A stretch of 64,000 nt of DNA, from contig NC_043003.1 in assembly GCF_006345805.1 (NCBI RefSeq), positions 7,068,001 to 7,132,000 of the forward strand, read 5' to 3'. Position numbers and translations under genes: made by a program. Source of the DNA: Octopus sinensis. Lineage: Eukaryota. This document shows, in pieces, positions 14,604 to 27,700 of this stretch (within the stretch, counting starts at the first letter, position 1; each line of letters starts with the position of its first letter). The notes below the pieces were generated by a model. The model searched no databases. It was not told the DNA's origin and saw only the letters and a program-made list of their open reading frames with translations.

Positions 14604-14845
14604 TTTGAGGGAATATTATTCCTAACTTACAGGGAAAAATTCAATTTAGAAATACTAAATCAAATTTCACAAAATATAATATATATATAAAAATTAGAAA
14701 AACCACCTTTTATCAATTCAAAATGAAAAATTAAATTATATTATCTAGAAAATTACATATAATAGAAATATTAAAATTAAAATAACAATAATATACCGAT
14801 GATTGAGTAAATTGAAAAATAATAAAATAATAATAGTTTTTTCTA

Positions 14846-14907
<62 letters not shown>

Positions 14908-17900
14908 GTATATAACATGAATATACATATAGAGAATGATATAAAAACATTATAAATAAAAGAATAATGATGTTGATGATAAAAAAGAATACAAATTTAA
15001 GAAATACAATGACTCACAGGCCAACAGTTGCTTCAATACCATCACCAATACGTAGGGGTAACCTACGTAGAACTCTCTTCTGACGCTCTTTACACCTCAC
15101 CCTGAAAAATATTTGGAGCAACCATAATTATGAGAAACATACAGGGCAACTGAAAGAAACATCTGCATTGCTGTTATTGGCCTCACTCTGACCCCTCACC
15201 TGGTACACACCCACTTCCCTTGGTTCCACTCCCACTTCCAGTTGAGACGTCTTTGTCTCGTAAGTTGCTTGGCAACCTCACAGGTGTTAGTGCCAAGTAA
15301 AAAGCACCTAGTATATGCTGTAAAGCAGTTGGCATTAGGAAGGGCATCCAGCTGTAGAAACCAAGCCAAAACAGAGAATGGGGACTGGTGCAGCTCCTAT
15401 CAAACTACTGGACCCATGCCAGTATGGAACACAAATGTGAAATGAACTGTGACCATGCTGGGGCAACATGTTCAAGGGGTCTTAGTTGACCATATTGATA
15501 GCCAGTATGATTTCTGGTATTCTTTTAGCAATGGCCAGAGGACTACAAAAGGCAAAGGTAACCAGGCATAATGGGAACAAATTTAATAGGGAGCTTGATA
15601 CCACAAAGCACTTTTTACACAATGCATTAACTTTTTGCCATCAAAGACTATCCAAACATTGGTCTCATGTCATGGGGAAATCAATGTACGATTATAATAC
15701 TGTGTTGAAACAAAAGTTTTACAATATTTCAGCACCTTATTTGCTTTCTTCAGAACAAGTATGAATCTCAGGGAAATATTTTTAGTAATCCTAATGTGCA
15801 TAAGCAGTATTTAAGCAAGGACCAGGAACCTATTGCCAAACAGGGGCATTTCAAACACAAGGTACTGCTCTGCGGCGAGCTGGCAGAAACGTTAGCACAC
15901 CGGGTGAAATGCTTAGCAGTATTTTGTCTGCCGCTACGTTCTGAGTTCAAATTCCGCCGAGGTTGACTTTGCCTTTCGGGGTCTATAAATTAAGTACCAG
16001 TTATGCACCGGGGTCGATGTAATCGACTTAATCCGTTTGTCTGTCCTTGTTTGTCCCTTCTATGTTTAGCCCCTTGTGGGTAGTAAAGAAATAGGTACTG
16101 CTCTGCGTCTGCTTGAATTATGAGAGGGTGATTCGCTACAAGTTTGTTCCGGATGGCTGAGCCATTGATGCCAGCATGTACCCTGAACAGCTGGAGCAGA
16201 TCTATGCCATTGTGTGGCAAAAATACCCAACATTGATAAAGAGAAAGTGAGCTCCTGTGTAGCAAGACAACGCAAGACTTCGTACTGCGGGAACAACCCA
16301 GAATAAGCTCCAGGAATTAGGGGGAATCAAATTAATGTTACACCTAACATATAGTCTGGACCCAGCTCCCTTGAATTATTACTTGTTCTGAACTATGACT
16401 CCCTTCCTGTGCTTGCAACACTTCTTCAATGACGATGAGGTGGAAGCTTCGGTGAAAAAGTTCTTCACTTCAAAGGACAAGAACTAGTGTCAGTGTGGCA
16501 TCAAAGAAGGCAGTGAGCTGGCAGAATCATTAGCACACCGGTTGAAATGCTTTGTGGTATTTCGTCCGCCGCTGCGTTCTGAGTTCAAATTCCGCCGAGG
16601 TAGACTTTACCTTTCATCCTTTCGGGGTCGATAAATTAAGTACCAGTTATGCACTGGTGCCGATGTAATCAACTTAATCCGTTTGTCTGTACTTGTTTGT
16701 CCCCTCTGTGTTTAGCCCCTTGTGGGTGGTAAAGAAATAGGTATCAAAGAACTGGCCGAAAGGTGGCTTCAGATGGTGCAATAGAATGGCCTCTACTTTG
16801 ACTGCTAGGCTACTTTCGTTGTAGCTTGACCAATAAAGCAAACAAGTTACCGAAATATTACAAAACGTTTGACTCAACACAATAATTCACACACACACAC
16901 ACACACACACAAGTGCAAGCATAGCCGTGGGATAAGAAATTGCTTCCCAACCATACACACACACACACAATGAGCTTCTTTCAGTTTCTGTCTACCAAAT
17001 CCACTAAAAAGGCTTTGGTCAGCCCGAGGCTATAGTAGAATACACTTCTCCAAAATTCCTTCTCGAGCCATGCCTGGCTCATAAGGGCCGGTTTTCCCGG
17101 TTTCCTTGGCATATAGGTTCCCCACCTGGATGGGATGCCGGTCAGTCGCAGGTGAGCTGCAAGATGCAGGAGGAAAGAGTGAGAGAAAGTTGTGGCGAAA
17201 GAGTCAACAGAAGTTTGCCATTACCTTCTGCCGGAGCCGCGTGGAACTTAGGTGTTTCACTCATAAACACACACATCGCCCGGTCTGAGATTCGAACCCG
17301 CGATCCCTCGACCGCGAGTCCACTGCTCTAACCACTAGGCCATGTGCCTCTACACATCCCCAAGGTACCATGCAATGGGACTGAACCCGGAACCATGCGG
17401 TTGGTAAGCAAGCTACTTATCACACAGCCACTCCTGTGCCTATATATACATATAGGGTTTCCATACAGTTTGCATTTACCAAATTTGACTGATAAAGAAT
17501 TGGTGAAGCTGAAGTCATGATGGTAGAAGATATCTACCCAGGGAACCCAAGACTATGTGGTTGCAAAGAGAAATTCTTAGCCACAAGGGCATACCCAGTT
17601 CTGCAGGGAGAGGAAGGGGACTGGATAGGATTAGTATGATTGATATTGTGTAAAGTGGTTGGAAGATGTGGGATGAAGTGGTGAGAAAGGAGCTACAGAC
17701 ATTGGGATTTACAGAGGGGATGACAAGGGTCTGGGTCTTCTGGCTCCAGCTGAGCATCCCTAATCTTGTGGGCGCTGGTGCCATGTAAAAAAAGAGACCC
17801 ATACCGGTGCCATGTAAAAGCACCCAGCACACTTTGTAAAGGTGGTTGGCATTAGGAAGGGCATCCAGTCATAGAAGCCATGCCATAGTACACATGGAGC

Positions 17901-20007
17901 CTGGAAAGTTCTTCAGCTGAATAGCTCCTGACAAACCATCCAACCCATGCTAGCATGGAAAATGGATGTTAAATGACAATGATGATGAAGATGAATGGCA
18001 TTAAGAAGGATAAAGCGGTTTTAGAAGCCATGCCATAATAGAGACTGGAATACAATGCAGTCTTCTGACTTGTAGAATTCTGTTGAACCATCCAATCTAT
18101 GACCACACATCATCATCATCGTTTAACGTCCGCTTTCCATGCTAGCATGGGTTGGATAGTTCAACCAGAGTCTGGGAAGCCAGGAGGCTGCACCAGGCTC
18201 CAGTCTGATCTGGCAGTGTTTCTACAGCTGGATGCCTTTCCTAACGCCAACCACTGTGAGTGTAGTGGGTGCTTTTTACGTGCCAGGGGAGGCTGGCAGT
18301 GGCCATGATTGGTTGGTGTTTTCTACGTGCCACTGGCACAGAAGCCAGTCAAGGCAGCACTGGCATCAGCCACACGTTCGGATGGTGCTTTTTATGTGCC
18401 ACCAGCACAGAAGCCAGTCAAGGCGGCACTGGCATCGGCCACATTCAGATGATGCTTTTTACATGCCACCGGCACAGGTATAAATATTAAATGATGATGA
18501 TAGAAGCTAAAAAAGAGGGTAATGAAAATAAACTCACCTCTCTAACAAGCCTTCCAGTTTTTCTGTTGTGTCAGGCAACTGTTCAATTTCATCTCCATGA
18601 ATGATAGACAAAATATTCTAATAAAAGTGGAAGAAAAACAAAAGAAAAGTTGAGAATGAGATGATAATAACCACAACAGGGGCGAATGCAGTTTTGCACC
18701 TCACCTTGAAACATGCGATTTTTTGGAAAAATTTCTTTGCGTTCTTAGGTTTTAGTTGTTGGCAATTACAAATATGCAAAAAAACATTTTCAAAATTTTA
18801 AATACCCCATACCCCTTTATTTTAAATGTACAATCCTCAAACTGCCTAACTCATGCCAGCATGGAAAGCTGACGTTAAACAACAACAACGATGATGATGA
18901 TATATATTGAAGTGTGGAAATTTCATTAAAGCAGCCTATGTACAGTGCACTTTCCATGTTCATTTGGCTAAACTGTAGAAATTGCTGTTTTGATATTGTT
19001 GTTAAAATTCCTGAATTTCCCCATGTAGATTAGAAAAAAAAAAATTTCAAAAAAAAGTTTTAAATTTTAAGGGGGGGGGGGGGAGTATTTTTCAAAATCT
19101 GTTTTTTTTTTACATATTTGTAATCTCCGACATCTAAAACCTAAGAATCTCTTTTACTCTTTTACTTGTTTCAGTCATTTGACTGCGGCCATGCTGGAGC
19201 ACCGCCTTTAGTTGAGCATATCAACCCCACTACTTATTCTATCGGTTTCTTTTGCCAAACTGCTAAGTTACGGGGACGTAAACTCACCAGCATCAGTTGT
19301 CAAGCGATGTTGGGGGAACAAACACAGACACATACATATATATATATATATACACATACAATCACAAATATATACGACGGGCTTTTTTCAATTTCTGTCT
19401 ACCAAATCCACTCACAAGGCTTTGGTTGGCCTGAGGCTATAGTAGAAGACACTTGTCCAAGGTGCCACGCAGTGGGACTGAACCCGGAACCATGTGGTCA
19501 GTAATCAAGCTACTTACCACACAGCCACTCCTACACCTATAAATCTGAAAACATTTTTTAAAAAATGCATTTTTCAAGGTGAGGTGTGAAACTGCATTAA
19601 TTAAAATTTACCTGAGACTAAAGAAAACTAATTATTCTTATTAAATGCAAAGTTTCAAATTTTTGCACAAGGCCAGTAATTTCAGGGGTGAGGGTAAGTT
19701 GATCACATTGACCCCAGTGTTCAACTTGCAAAGGGAGAAAAAGGCAAAACTGACCACAACGGAATTTGAACTCAGAGTGTAAAGACAGACAGAATGCCAC
19801 TATGCATTTTGTCTGTCATGCTAACGATTCTGCCAGCTCACCGCCTTACTCTCGTTAAATTAAATATTAAACAGTTGTATAATTACCTTGTAGAACTTAC
19901 TGACATCAAAGGTCTGATTTGGAGGTTGTAAGGGCAGCAGCTCCAGAGATATTCCTGTTTTATTGAGATCATTGGCACGAGTTCTACAATGCTGGAATGA
20001 AACAGAA

Positions 20008-20038
<31 letters not shown>

Positions 20039-23000
20039 GAGTGAGAGAGCAGTGCATGCCACCAAAGTGACACTGGGGTAAAATATACGAAGCCCTATAT
20101 ACCCATTATGACTACCTGTCTGATAAGGGTACACCAGGCACATGCATCACAACCATATGTGCGCGACATGGTGATCTCATATCAAGATAAACAGCACATG
20201 ACCTTGCAGGTGGGGCCCAGTTAGAATTTTCTTCTGGTCGAGTAACCCATCCCACTCAAAAGGTCCCTGAATAAGGGTTGTTTAAGGATGATGAACAAAA
20301 CACCCAGGTTTCCAGAAGTGAATTATCCAAACCCCAAATAATTCCTCTCAACCCATGGCTATGATGCTCCCCCACAACTTCTGCTCGTGATCAGAGATGC
20401 ACATATCATCAGCCACTAAGGGACATGCTCAACAGGTTATGGTCAAACAACTGACAAGCAAATTTGTGGTATTGAGCAGAATATTTGCTGTAGCCCATCT
20501 TTTATACCAAGACAAAACAATGTACATGATGACACTTCCAATCAGTTAAGATCAGAAGCTATGACAGCCAATGCCTGGTACTGCATCAGGGCAACTTATT
20601 ATCATTATTATTTCTTTCAATGCAGTTTTTTCAAGAAGAAGAGGCTAAACTCCATGCACCACAAATAAATGCAGTGTTTTTTTATGTATATGTATCTTTG
20701 ATCTGTGCTTCAGTCATTAGATTGTGGCCATGCTGGGGCACAGTCAAAGAAATGTTTTAGTCAAACAAACCAATACCAGCACTTTGGATATTTTTTTAAG
20801 TCTAGTACTTATTCTATTGGTCTTTTTTACAGTTTATGGGGGCCATAAACAAACCAATATCAGTTGTCAGATGGTCGTGGGTCAGTACACACACAACAGA
20901 CTTCTTTCAGTTTCTGTGATCTAAATCAACAACTTTGGTTGGCCAGGGCTATGGTAAAAGACACTTGTCCCGCAGTGAGACTGAACCCAAAACCCCATGG
21001 TTGGGAAACAAACGTCTTAACCACACGGCCATGCCCATGTCTATATCTGACAGTAACTTAGAAGACATTTGAACTCAATTCCTGAGTGAAAGCAAAGATA
21101 ATATGGAAGAGCCAACTTACAACAAGTTCTGTTTTATCCGTGTGAGGTTCATCCTTATTAGTGAAAAGCAAGATTCTCTGAAATCCAAGTTTTTCAGTGC
21201 TGAAAATACATGTGAATTAGGTATGAGATTTTTTTTTATAGAAAGCAGGTAAATGCTTAGTTAAAAAAAAATAAATAAATAAAATAAAATTTTAAAAAGC
21301 CCATAATTTGGTACTGATTTACAATTTTAACTTTTGTTGACACAAACTGGCAAGAATACAGTTTTATATTCCTGTAGTATAACAATGAGTCAGTCCACCT
21401 TTAGTCACATGGGGGATGGTTGCAATCCTTCCACAATAATGACAAATACAAATCTTTATATATAAAAGAGAAGTTGTGTGTCTGTCTCCTACAATTTAGA
21501 TTCCTAACTACTCCCACATTTTGCAGTGCAGTTTAACCAAAACCGGGTATCTTATAGTCGTGATTCATATCGAACCCTTCTGGGTATTAGCGCGCGTCTA
21601 CGATGAGTCTATGATTTTTAAAATAATTTACCATAATTTTTTTCCATTTTAATGCAATTTTTTCGCTATTATATAAGGGAAGTAACTCTCTAAAAATGTC
21701 TACGATGAGTCAACGATTTAAAAAAAAATTTACCATCATTTTTTTTCCATTTTTAATGCATTTTTTTGGCTATAACTCTCTAAAAATGCTTTAGAGTTAT
21801 TTCCCTTACAAACCCGAGCAACGCCGGGCGATACTGCTAGTTTATTCTAAAGAGCAAAACAAAAAAAGTAAAAGAAAATTTAGTACTCACCATTTTGAGA
21901 ATAAAAGTGAGCACAGCCAAAATACATCACTCATTTGATAATTAGAATTGTGACCATAGTCCTCGTGGAACGTCTTCCAGTCATCTTTAAACAAAGACAA
22001 TCCAGAGATTAAGATATATTAACATAATTAACCCTTTATCATTCGGATTTCTCTGTCAAATGAAATGCTTATTTATTCACATTATAAAAAAATTGATCAT
22101 GTATTATCTTGCAGCTTTGCAATTTCAAAGATGGGATTGTTTATTTTTAGAAATGACAATATAGGGTAGATTCAGGAGGCTAGATTTGGCCAGCTTGAAC
22201 TAGGAGTGGCTGTGTGGTAAGTAGCTTGCTTACGAACCACATGGTTCCGGGTTCAGTCTCACTGCGTGACACCTTGGACAAGTGTCTTCTACTATAGTCT
22301 CGGGCCGACCAAAGCCTTGTGAGTGGATTTGGTAGACGGAAACTGAAAGAAGCCCGTCGTATACATGAATATGTATATAGACATATGTATGTGTGTGTGT
22401 ATGTCCCCGTAACTTAGCGGTTCGGCAAAAAGAGACCGATAGAATAAGTACTAGGCTTACAAACAATAAGTCCTGGGGTCGATATTCTCGACTAAAAGGC
22501 GGTGCTCCAGCATGGCCACAGTCAAATGACTGAAACAAGTAAAAGAGTAGAAAGTACTTGGGCCAGATGTAGCCGGTTTAAAATCCAAAAGCTTAAGACG
22601 TAAGCTAACTCATATATTGAAAGTACAAGACAAGGACATAAATTATACATATAGCCTCATTTATCATCAATTCATTTATTACTTGTTTCGGGATAGCATG
22701 ATGTGCTCAATTATGAGCCATGTTACACTTATTGAATAAGAAGAACTGAATGACAACATAGTTACAAAAATAGATATAAAATAGGATTTAAAAAGATATA
22801 AAAGCATAAAAAAAGAATAAAGCCATCATAGCCTTCTTACCAGTAAGCATATTTTCAATTTTTATAATTCTTTCAGCATTAGGACGAGCCAAGTCCTGTG
22901 GATGGAAAGGAAATCACAATGTTTGACCCATGTTAACCAATAAGAAATGTATTTCTGTACATAACCAGTAACTTATTAAGAATGTCTTATCAACCAGAAC

Positions 23001-26000
23001 AGGATAAAATCAAAGACTGGCCGAAGATGGATGTCTAAGAGTGCCCGTGCTAGTAGGGTGCTAAGAGCACCACCCGAGCGTGATCGTTGCCAGAGCGGCT
23101 AACCGGCTTCCGTGCCAGTGGCACTTAAAAGACACCATTCAAGTGTGATTGTTACCAGCGTCGCATTACTCGCACTCGAGCCCCGTGCTAGTAGGGTATT
23201 AAGAGCACCATCGTTGCCAGAGTGGCTAACCAGCTTCCATGTCAGTGGCATGTAAAAGGCACCATTCGAGCGTGATTGTTACCAGCGTCACCTTACTGGC
23301 ACCTGTGCCGGTGGCATGTATAAAAAGATTCAAGCGAGGTCGTTGCCAGTACCGCTTGACTGGCCCCGTGCTGGTGGTATGTAAAAGCACCCACTACACT
23401 CTCGGAGTGGTTGGCGTTAGGAAGGGCATCCAGCTGTAGAAACTCTGCCAGATCAAGATTGGAGCCTGGTGCAGCCATCTGGTTCGCCAGCCCTCAGTCA
23501 AAATCGTTCAACCCATGCTAGCATGGAAAGCGGACGTTAAACGATGATGATGATGGAATCGATGTCTTTCATACTGTTTATAGACTGTTACATCATCATC
23601 ATCATCACCACATAAGAAGCACCTATGCCAGCACTATGTAAAAAGCATTCATGCTAGTGCTGAGTAAAGAAAATAGCCATTACACGCTCGGAGTGGTTGG
23701 CATTAGGAAGAGCATCCAGCTGGAGAAGCCATGCCAAAACAGAAGCCTGGTGCCACTGCACCAGTCTCCCAGCTCCTGGCAAACCATCCGACCCATGCCA
23801 GCATGGAAAACAGGCAGTAAATTATGATTTTCCACAGCTTGATGCCTTTCTTGTTGCCAGCCCTCGGCTGTTTCCAATCTCTCTCTATATAAAGCTGAAG
23901 TTGTCTGTGTATGGCAGGTTTGGTAGCCTTCAACTAACACTATCCTTTCCAAGACCCTGTGGTGCAAGTTGACCAAAATTGAGAGTATGATAGAAGAAGG
24001 CTTGCTCTTCCTTCCATAGAAGAAAAAATTCAAATCGGACCATGTTAGCACCAAAAATTATTTACATCAAAAAGGTGCTTTTTTTCAATGAAAATCCCTA
24101 TTTTTTACGATTTTTTGACTGCTGTGTCGCCATTTTTCGGTGTATTTCAACCAGAAAAATGTTCACTTAAAGAGAATAACAAGAAACATAATGCAACATT
24201 TTTACCTTTCAAAAATTCCAATTCTAAAAGGTCGAAACAAACTCAAGCAACACCAGGTGATACTGCTAGTTAAGATAATATTTCCCCACAACCAAACATA
24301 TTTTCATGGAAGATTGGAAATGAATGACACTGCTTGCATGACGGGGACACTCATTTACAGCTATCACATGATGTCAAAGCAAAGAGACAGTAACACACAC
24401 ATATATGTATATATATGTGTGTAGAAAATCTGCCCCATGCCAGCATGGAAAAATACTGGTTAAAACATTGATGATGATGATATACAATGGATTCCTTTCA
24501 GTTTCCATTTACAAATCCATGCCAGTGACACATAGAAAGCACCATCCGAATGTGGCAGATGCCAGATAAAAATCAAATGGAAATTGTAGTTAAGACACTC
24601 GTGCCGGTGACACATAAAAAGCACCGTCCGAACATGGCAGATGCCAGCACTGCCTGACTGGCGTCTGTGTCGGTGACACATAAAAGCACCAGCCGATCGC
24701 GGCCATTTGGTAGTCTGCACTGGCCCCTGCGCCAGTGGCACGTAAAAAACACCCACTACACTCACAGAGTGGTTGGCGTTAGGAAGGGCATCCAGCTGTA
24801 GAAACACTGCCAGATAAGACCAGAGCCTGATGCAGCCTCCATGGCTTACCAGACCCCAGTCGAACCGTCCAACCCATGCTAGCATGAAAAATGGACGTTA
24901 AATGATGATGATGGAACCCACTCACTAGGCTTTGGTTGGCCTGAGGTTATAGTAGAAGACAGTTTCCCTCAGTGCCATGTAATGAGACTGAACCTGGCAA
25001 GGGGCCGGTGGCTTGATAGGATCCACTGCATTGTGCTCCACCTGCTCTGGCATGGTTTTCGCAACTGGATACTGCCAACCAGCTTGTAGCATGCATTGGG
25101 TGTTATTTTCATGTCACCTGCACTATTGAAGTCACCATGCAGTTCACAGGACAAGCCCTGGGAGAGCAACTGGGGAGGGGGTTGACTTAATGCTAGGGAA
25201 CAAAGGGGTTACTATGAGGGAGGGGAGAGAGGAGGTTATTTATTTATTAAATAAATATCTTACCTGGTAAATATAGATATGTTCAAAATTGTCAGTATTT
25301 TTGGTCTTTTCCTAAGAATAAAAGAAAAAAGGTTTTTAAGTAAAACATTAGAGAAATAGAAATATTAAATTTCTAAATATCTCAGAGAGATATAAGCAGT
25401 GGCGGAACGAGAGAGCAGTTGTATACTGTCAACTTAACGTGACAGTCCCATGAAGGGAATCACACCACCGCTATTTAGCCCTAGGAAGCATCAATGCTTC
25501 CTGTCGGCTTTGACACAAATGTTTTCTGTATATTTTACCTCTTCACATCTATGTCTTCATGCTCAAATAGTTATAGTTCTGTGTTTCTAAATAATTGCAG
25601 CTCACCCGTTAGAGCAGTTGGATAAATGATTTTTTGCCTTTTTAACCCTTTCAATGTCAGGTGAAAATGGCAAGCTTGAATGAATTGAGTGGGTTTAGGT
25701 AAAAATTTATTAAAATTAGAGAATAATAAAAATTGTAGCAATGATCTGAATTCATTAGTCAATATTTTTTAATATATTTCCTTTGTAGTGACACCTGGTT
25801 CCAGACGTCATTTTGGGATTTTCATCCACGCATGCGCAGGGATTAGAGCCTTCCGGAAGCCTTGCTGGAAGTCCCTTATGTGCATGCACAGTCATCAGCA
25901 GCAGCTAGGCTTGACCGCCATTCTCTCTCTCTTCACTCCTGCTACCAACCGAGCCAGACGCAACTTGACCAGCTGTGTGTGGCTAGAATTCTGAAGGCGA

Positions 26001-27145
26001 TCCACGACTTCGGTGAATCTGTGAAGAATGCCTTCACAATTGCGATTAAACCAACTCTGCTGTTTCCACACCAAGGCAGCCTGGCTACCGATTGTCCAGA
26101 GATGTAATGCTTGTACAGACAGAAAAATAAATATTGTTATTTGTTCGGAGATTCTTGTTCCCACTATGTTCCTTTCCACAACTATGTAAGGAATTGTGAG
26201 GCACCCATCCAGTGCCAACCTCACTTTTTACACCTTTTTATTTTACTATCATGTGGTATGGCTTCCAAAAATTTAAACATCAGTATATCATGTTGAAAGA
26301 ATCATATTAGTATACTAAATGGTATACACTGTATTTACTGGCATACAAGCCGACGTAGAATATAATGTAAACATTCAAACGTTGTCACTATCTTTTCAAA
26401 TCCTGTTTGCATTTCACATGCAATTTTTGGTCCCCTAAAAGTTGTCTTGGTGTAAGCCAGCCTACCCTTTATACCCGTAAACTTTGGTCTGAAAAATTTG
26501 ACTTGTATGCCATAAAAAAATGGTAAAATATTCCTTTTTTTCCCTAAAAAATATCTCAAAAAAATTACTCTGGGTCCTATATATGAATATTACATACTTT
26601 AATAAACTAAAAGCTTTTTTCTCTTGGATATGCACTACCAGGAGTGGACTGAGCCGTCAGTCAATCAGGCACTACCCAAGGGCCTGGAGCTCTGAGGAGC
26701 CTGCACTCCTACATGTTAAGTCTACTAAAACACACATTTAAAAGGGCCTGGTAAACAGTTATGCCCGAGGGCCCTTAACACTCTTAGTCCACCCCTGTGC
26801 ACTACTGAAATTGGGGTGCATCTAATATGCCATTAAATATGGTATAGTTAATAAGGGTAGGCCAAGATTTCTTATTTCCTTTGGAGAATTCACCTCCCTT
26901 CACAACACAGAAACTTCACTCCCATCACAAGTTCCCTTGGTCCTTAACCCTTTACTTTATTATTCCTGCAGTTGTATCCCTTACAGACTGCCAACCACTC
27001 AACCATAAAGTAGCAATGGAATCTGTTGTCAAGCAAGGTGAAACAACCAAAATTATGGGGGTTTTTTTTCATTTTTTTTTACTATGTTATGTGTTTTTTA
27101 TATTCTTCAGAATCAGATGGTTGAATTAGCTGTTTAAAAGTATGT

Positions 27146-27177
<32 letters not shown>

Positions 27178-27665
27178 TATCGTCATGCTTGACCGCTAAA
27201 TCCAAAGGTTTTTTTATTCTCTCTCTGTTTATTTTTTTTTTATTGTTCCTTTCTGTTGAAGAATGTGGGTTTGAAATGTCAAAGACTTTCTCACTTTCCC
27301 GAGCGTCAAAAGTAAATATACATATATATTTATATAAAATACATTATATAAATATATAATATATATATATATATATATATACTTTATTTTATTTTAAGCA
27401 GCAGAAAATTCAACAAAATCTGTTACTCTGAGTTTCTCGTTGCCGTTCATCAGACAGTTTTTGCTAGAATGGAACCGATATATCAATAATTGATATATCG
27501 GTTCCATTCTAGCAAAAACTGTCTTATGAACGGCAACGAGAAACTCAGAGTAACAGATTTTGTTTAATTTTCTGCTGCTTAAATTAAAATAAAGCATATT
27601 ACTCTACCACTGGTATTTGAGTACTCTTTTTTCCACCTTGTTTCACATTTATGTGTTTACTCCGG

Positions 27666-27700
<35 letters not shown>

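Noticed and set aside
27249-27286. Hammerhead-like cttt-ctgttga...gaaa-tg-tc-aaag (and 56166-56203)
   Set aside because: Core is non-canonical (CTGTTGA / CTGTGGA) and helix II is degraded; at most fossil remnants.
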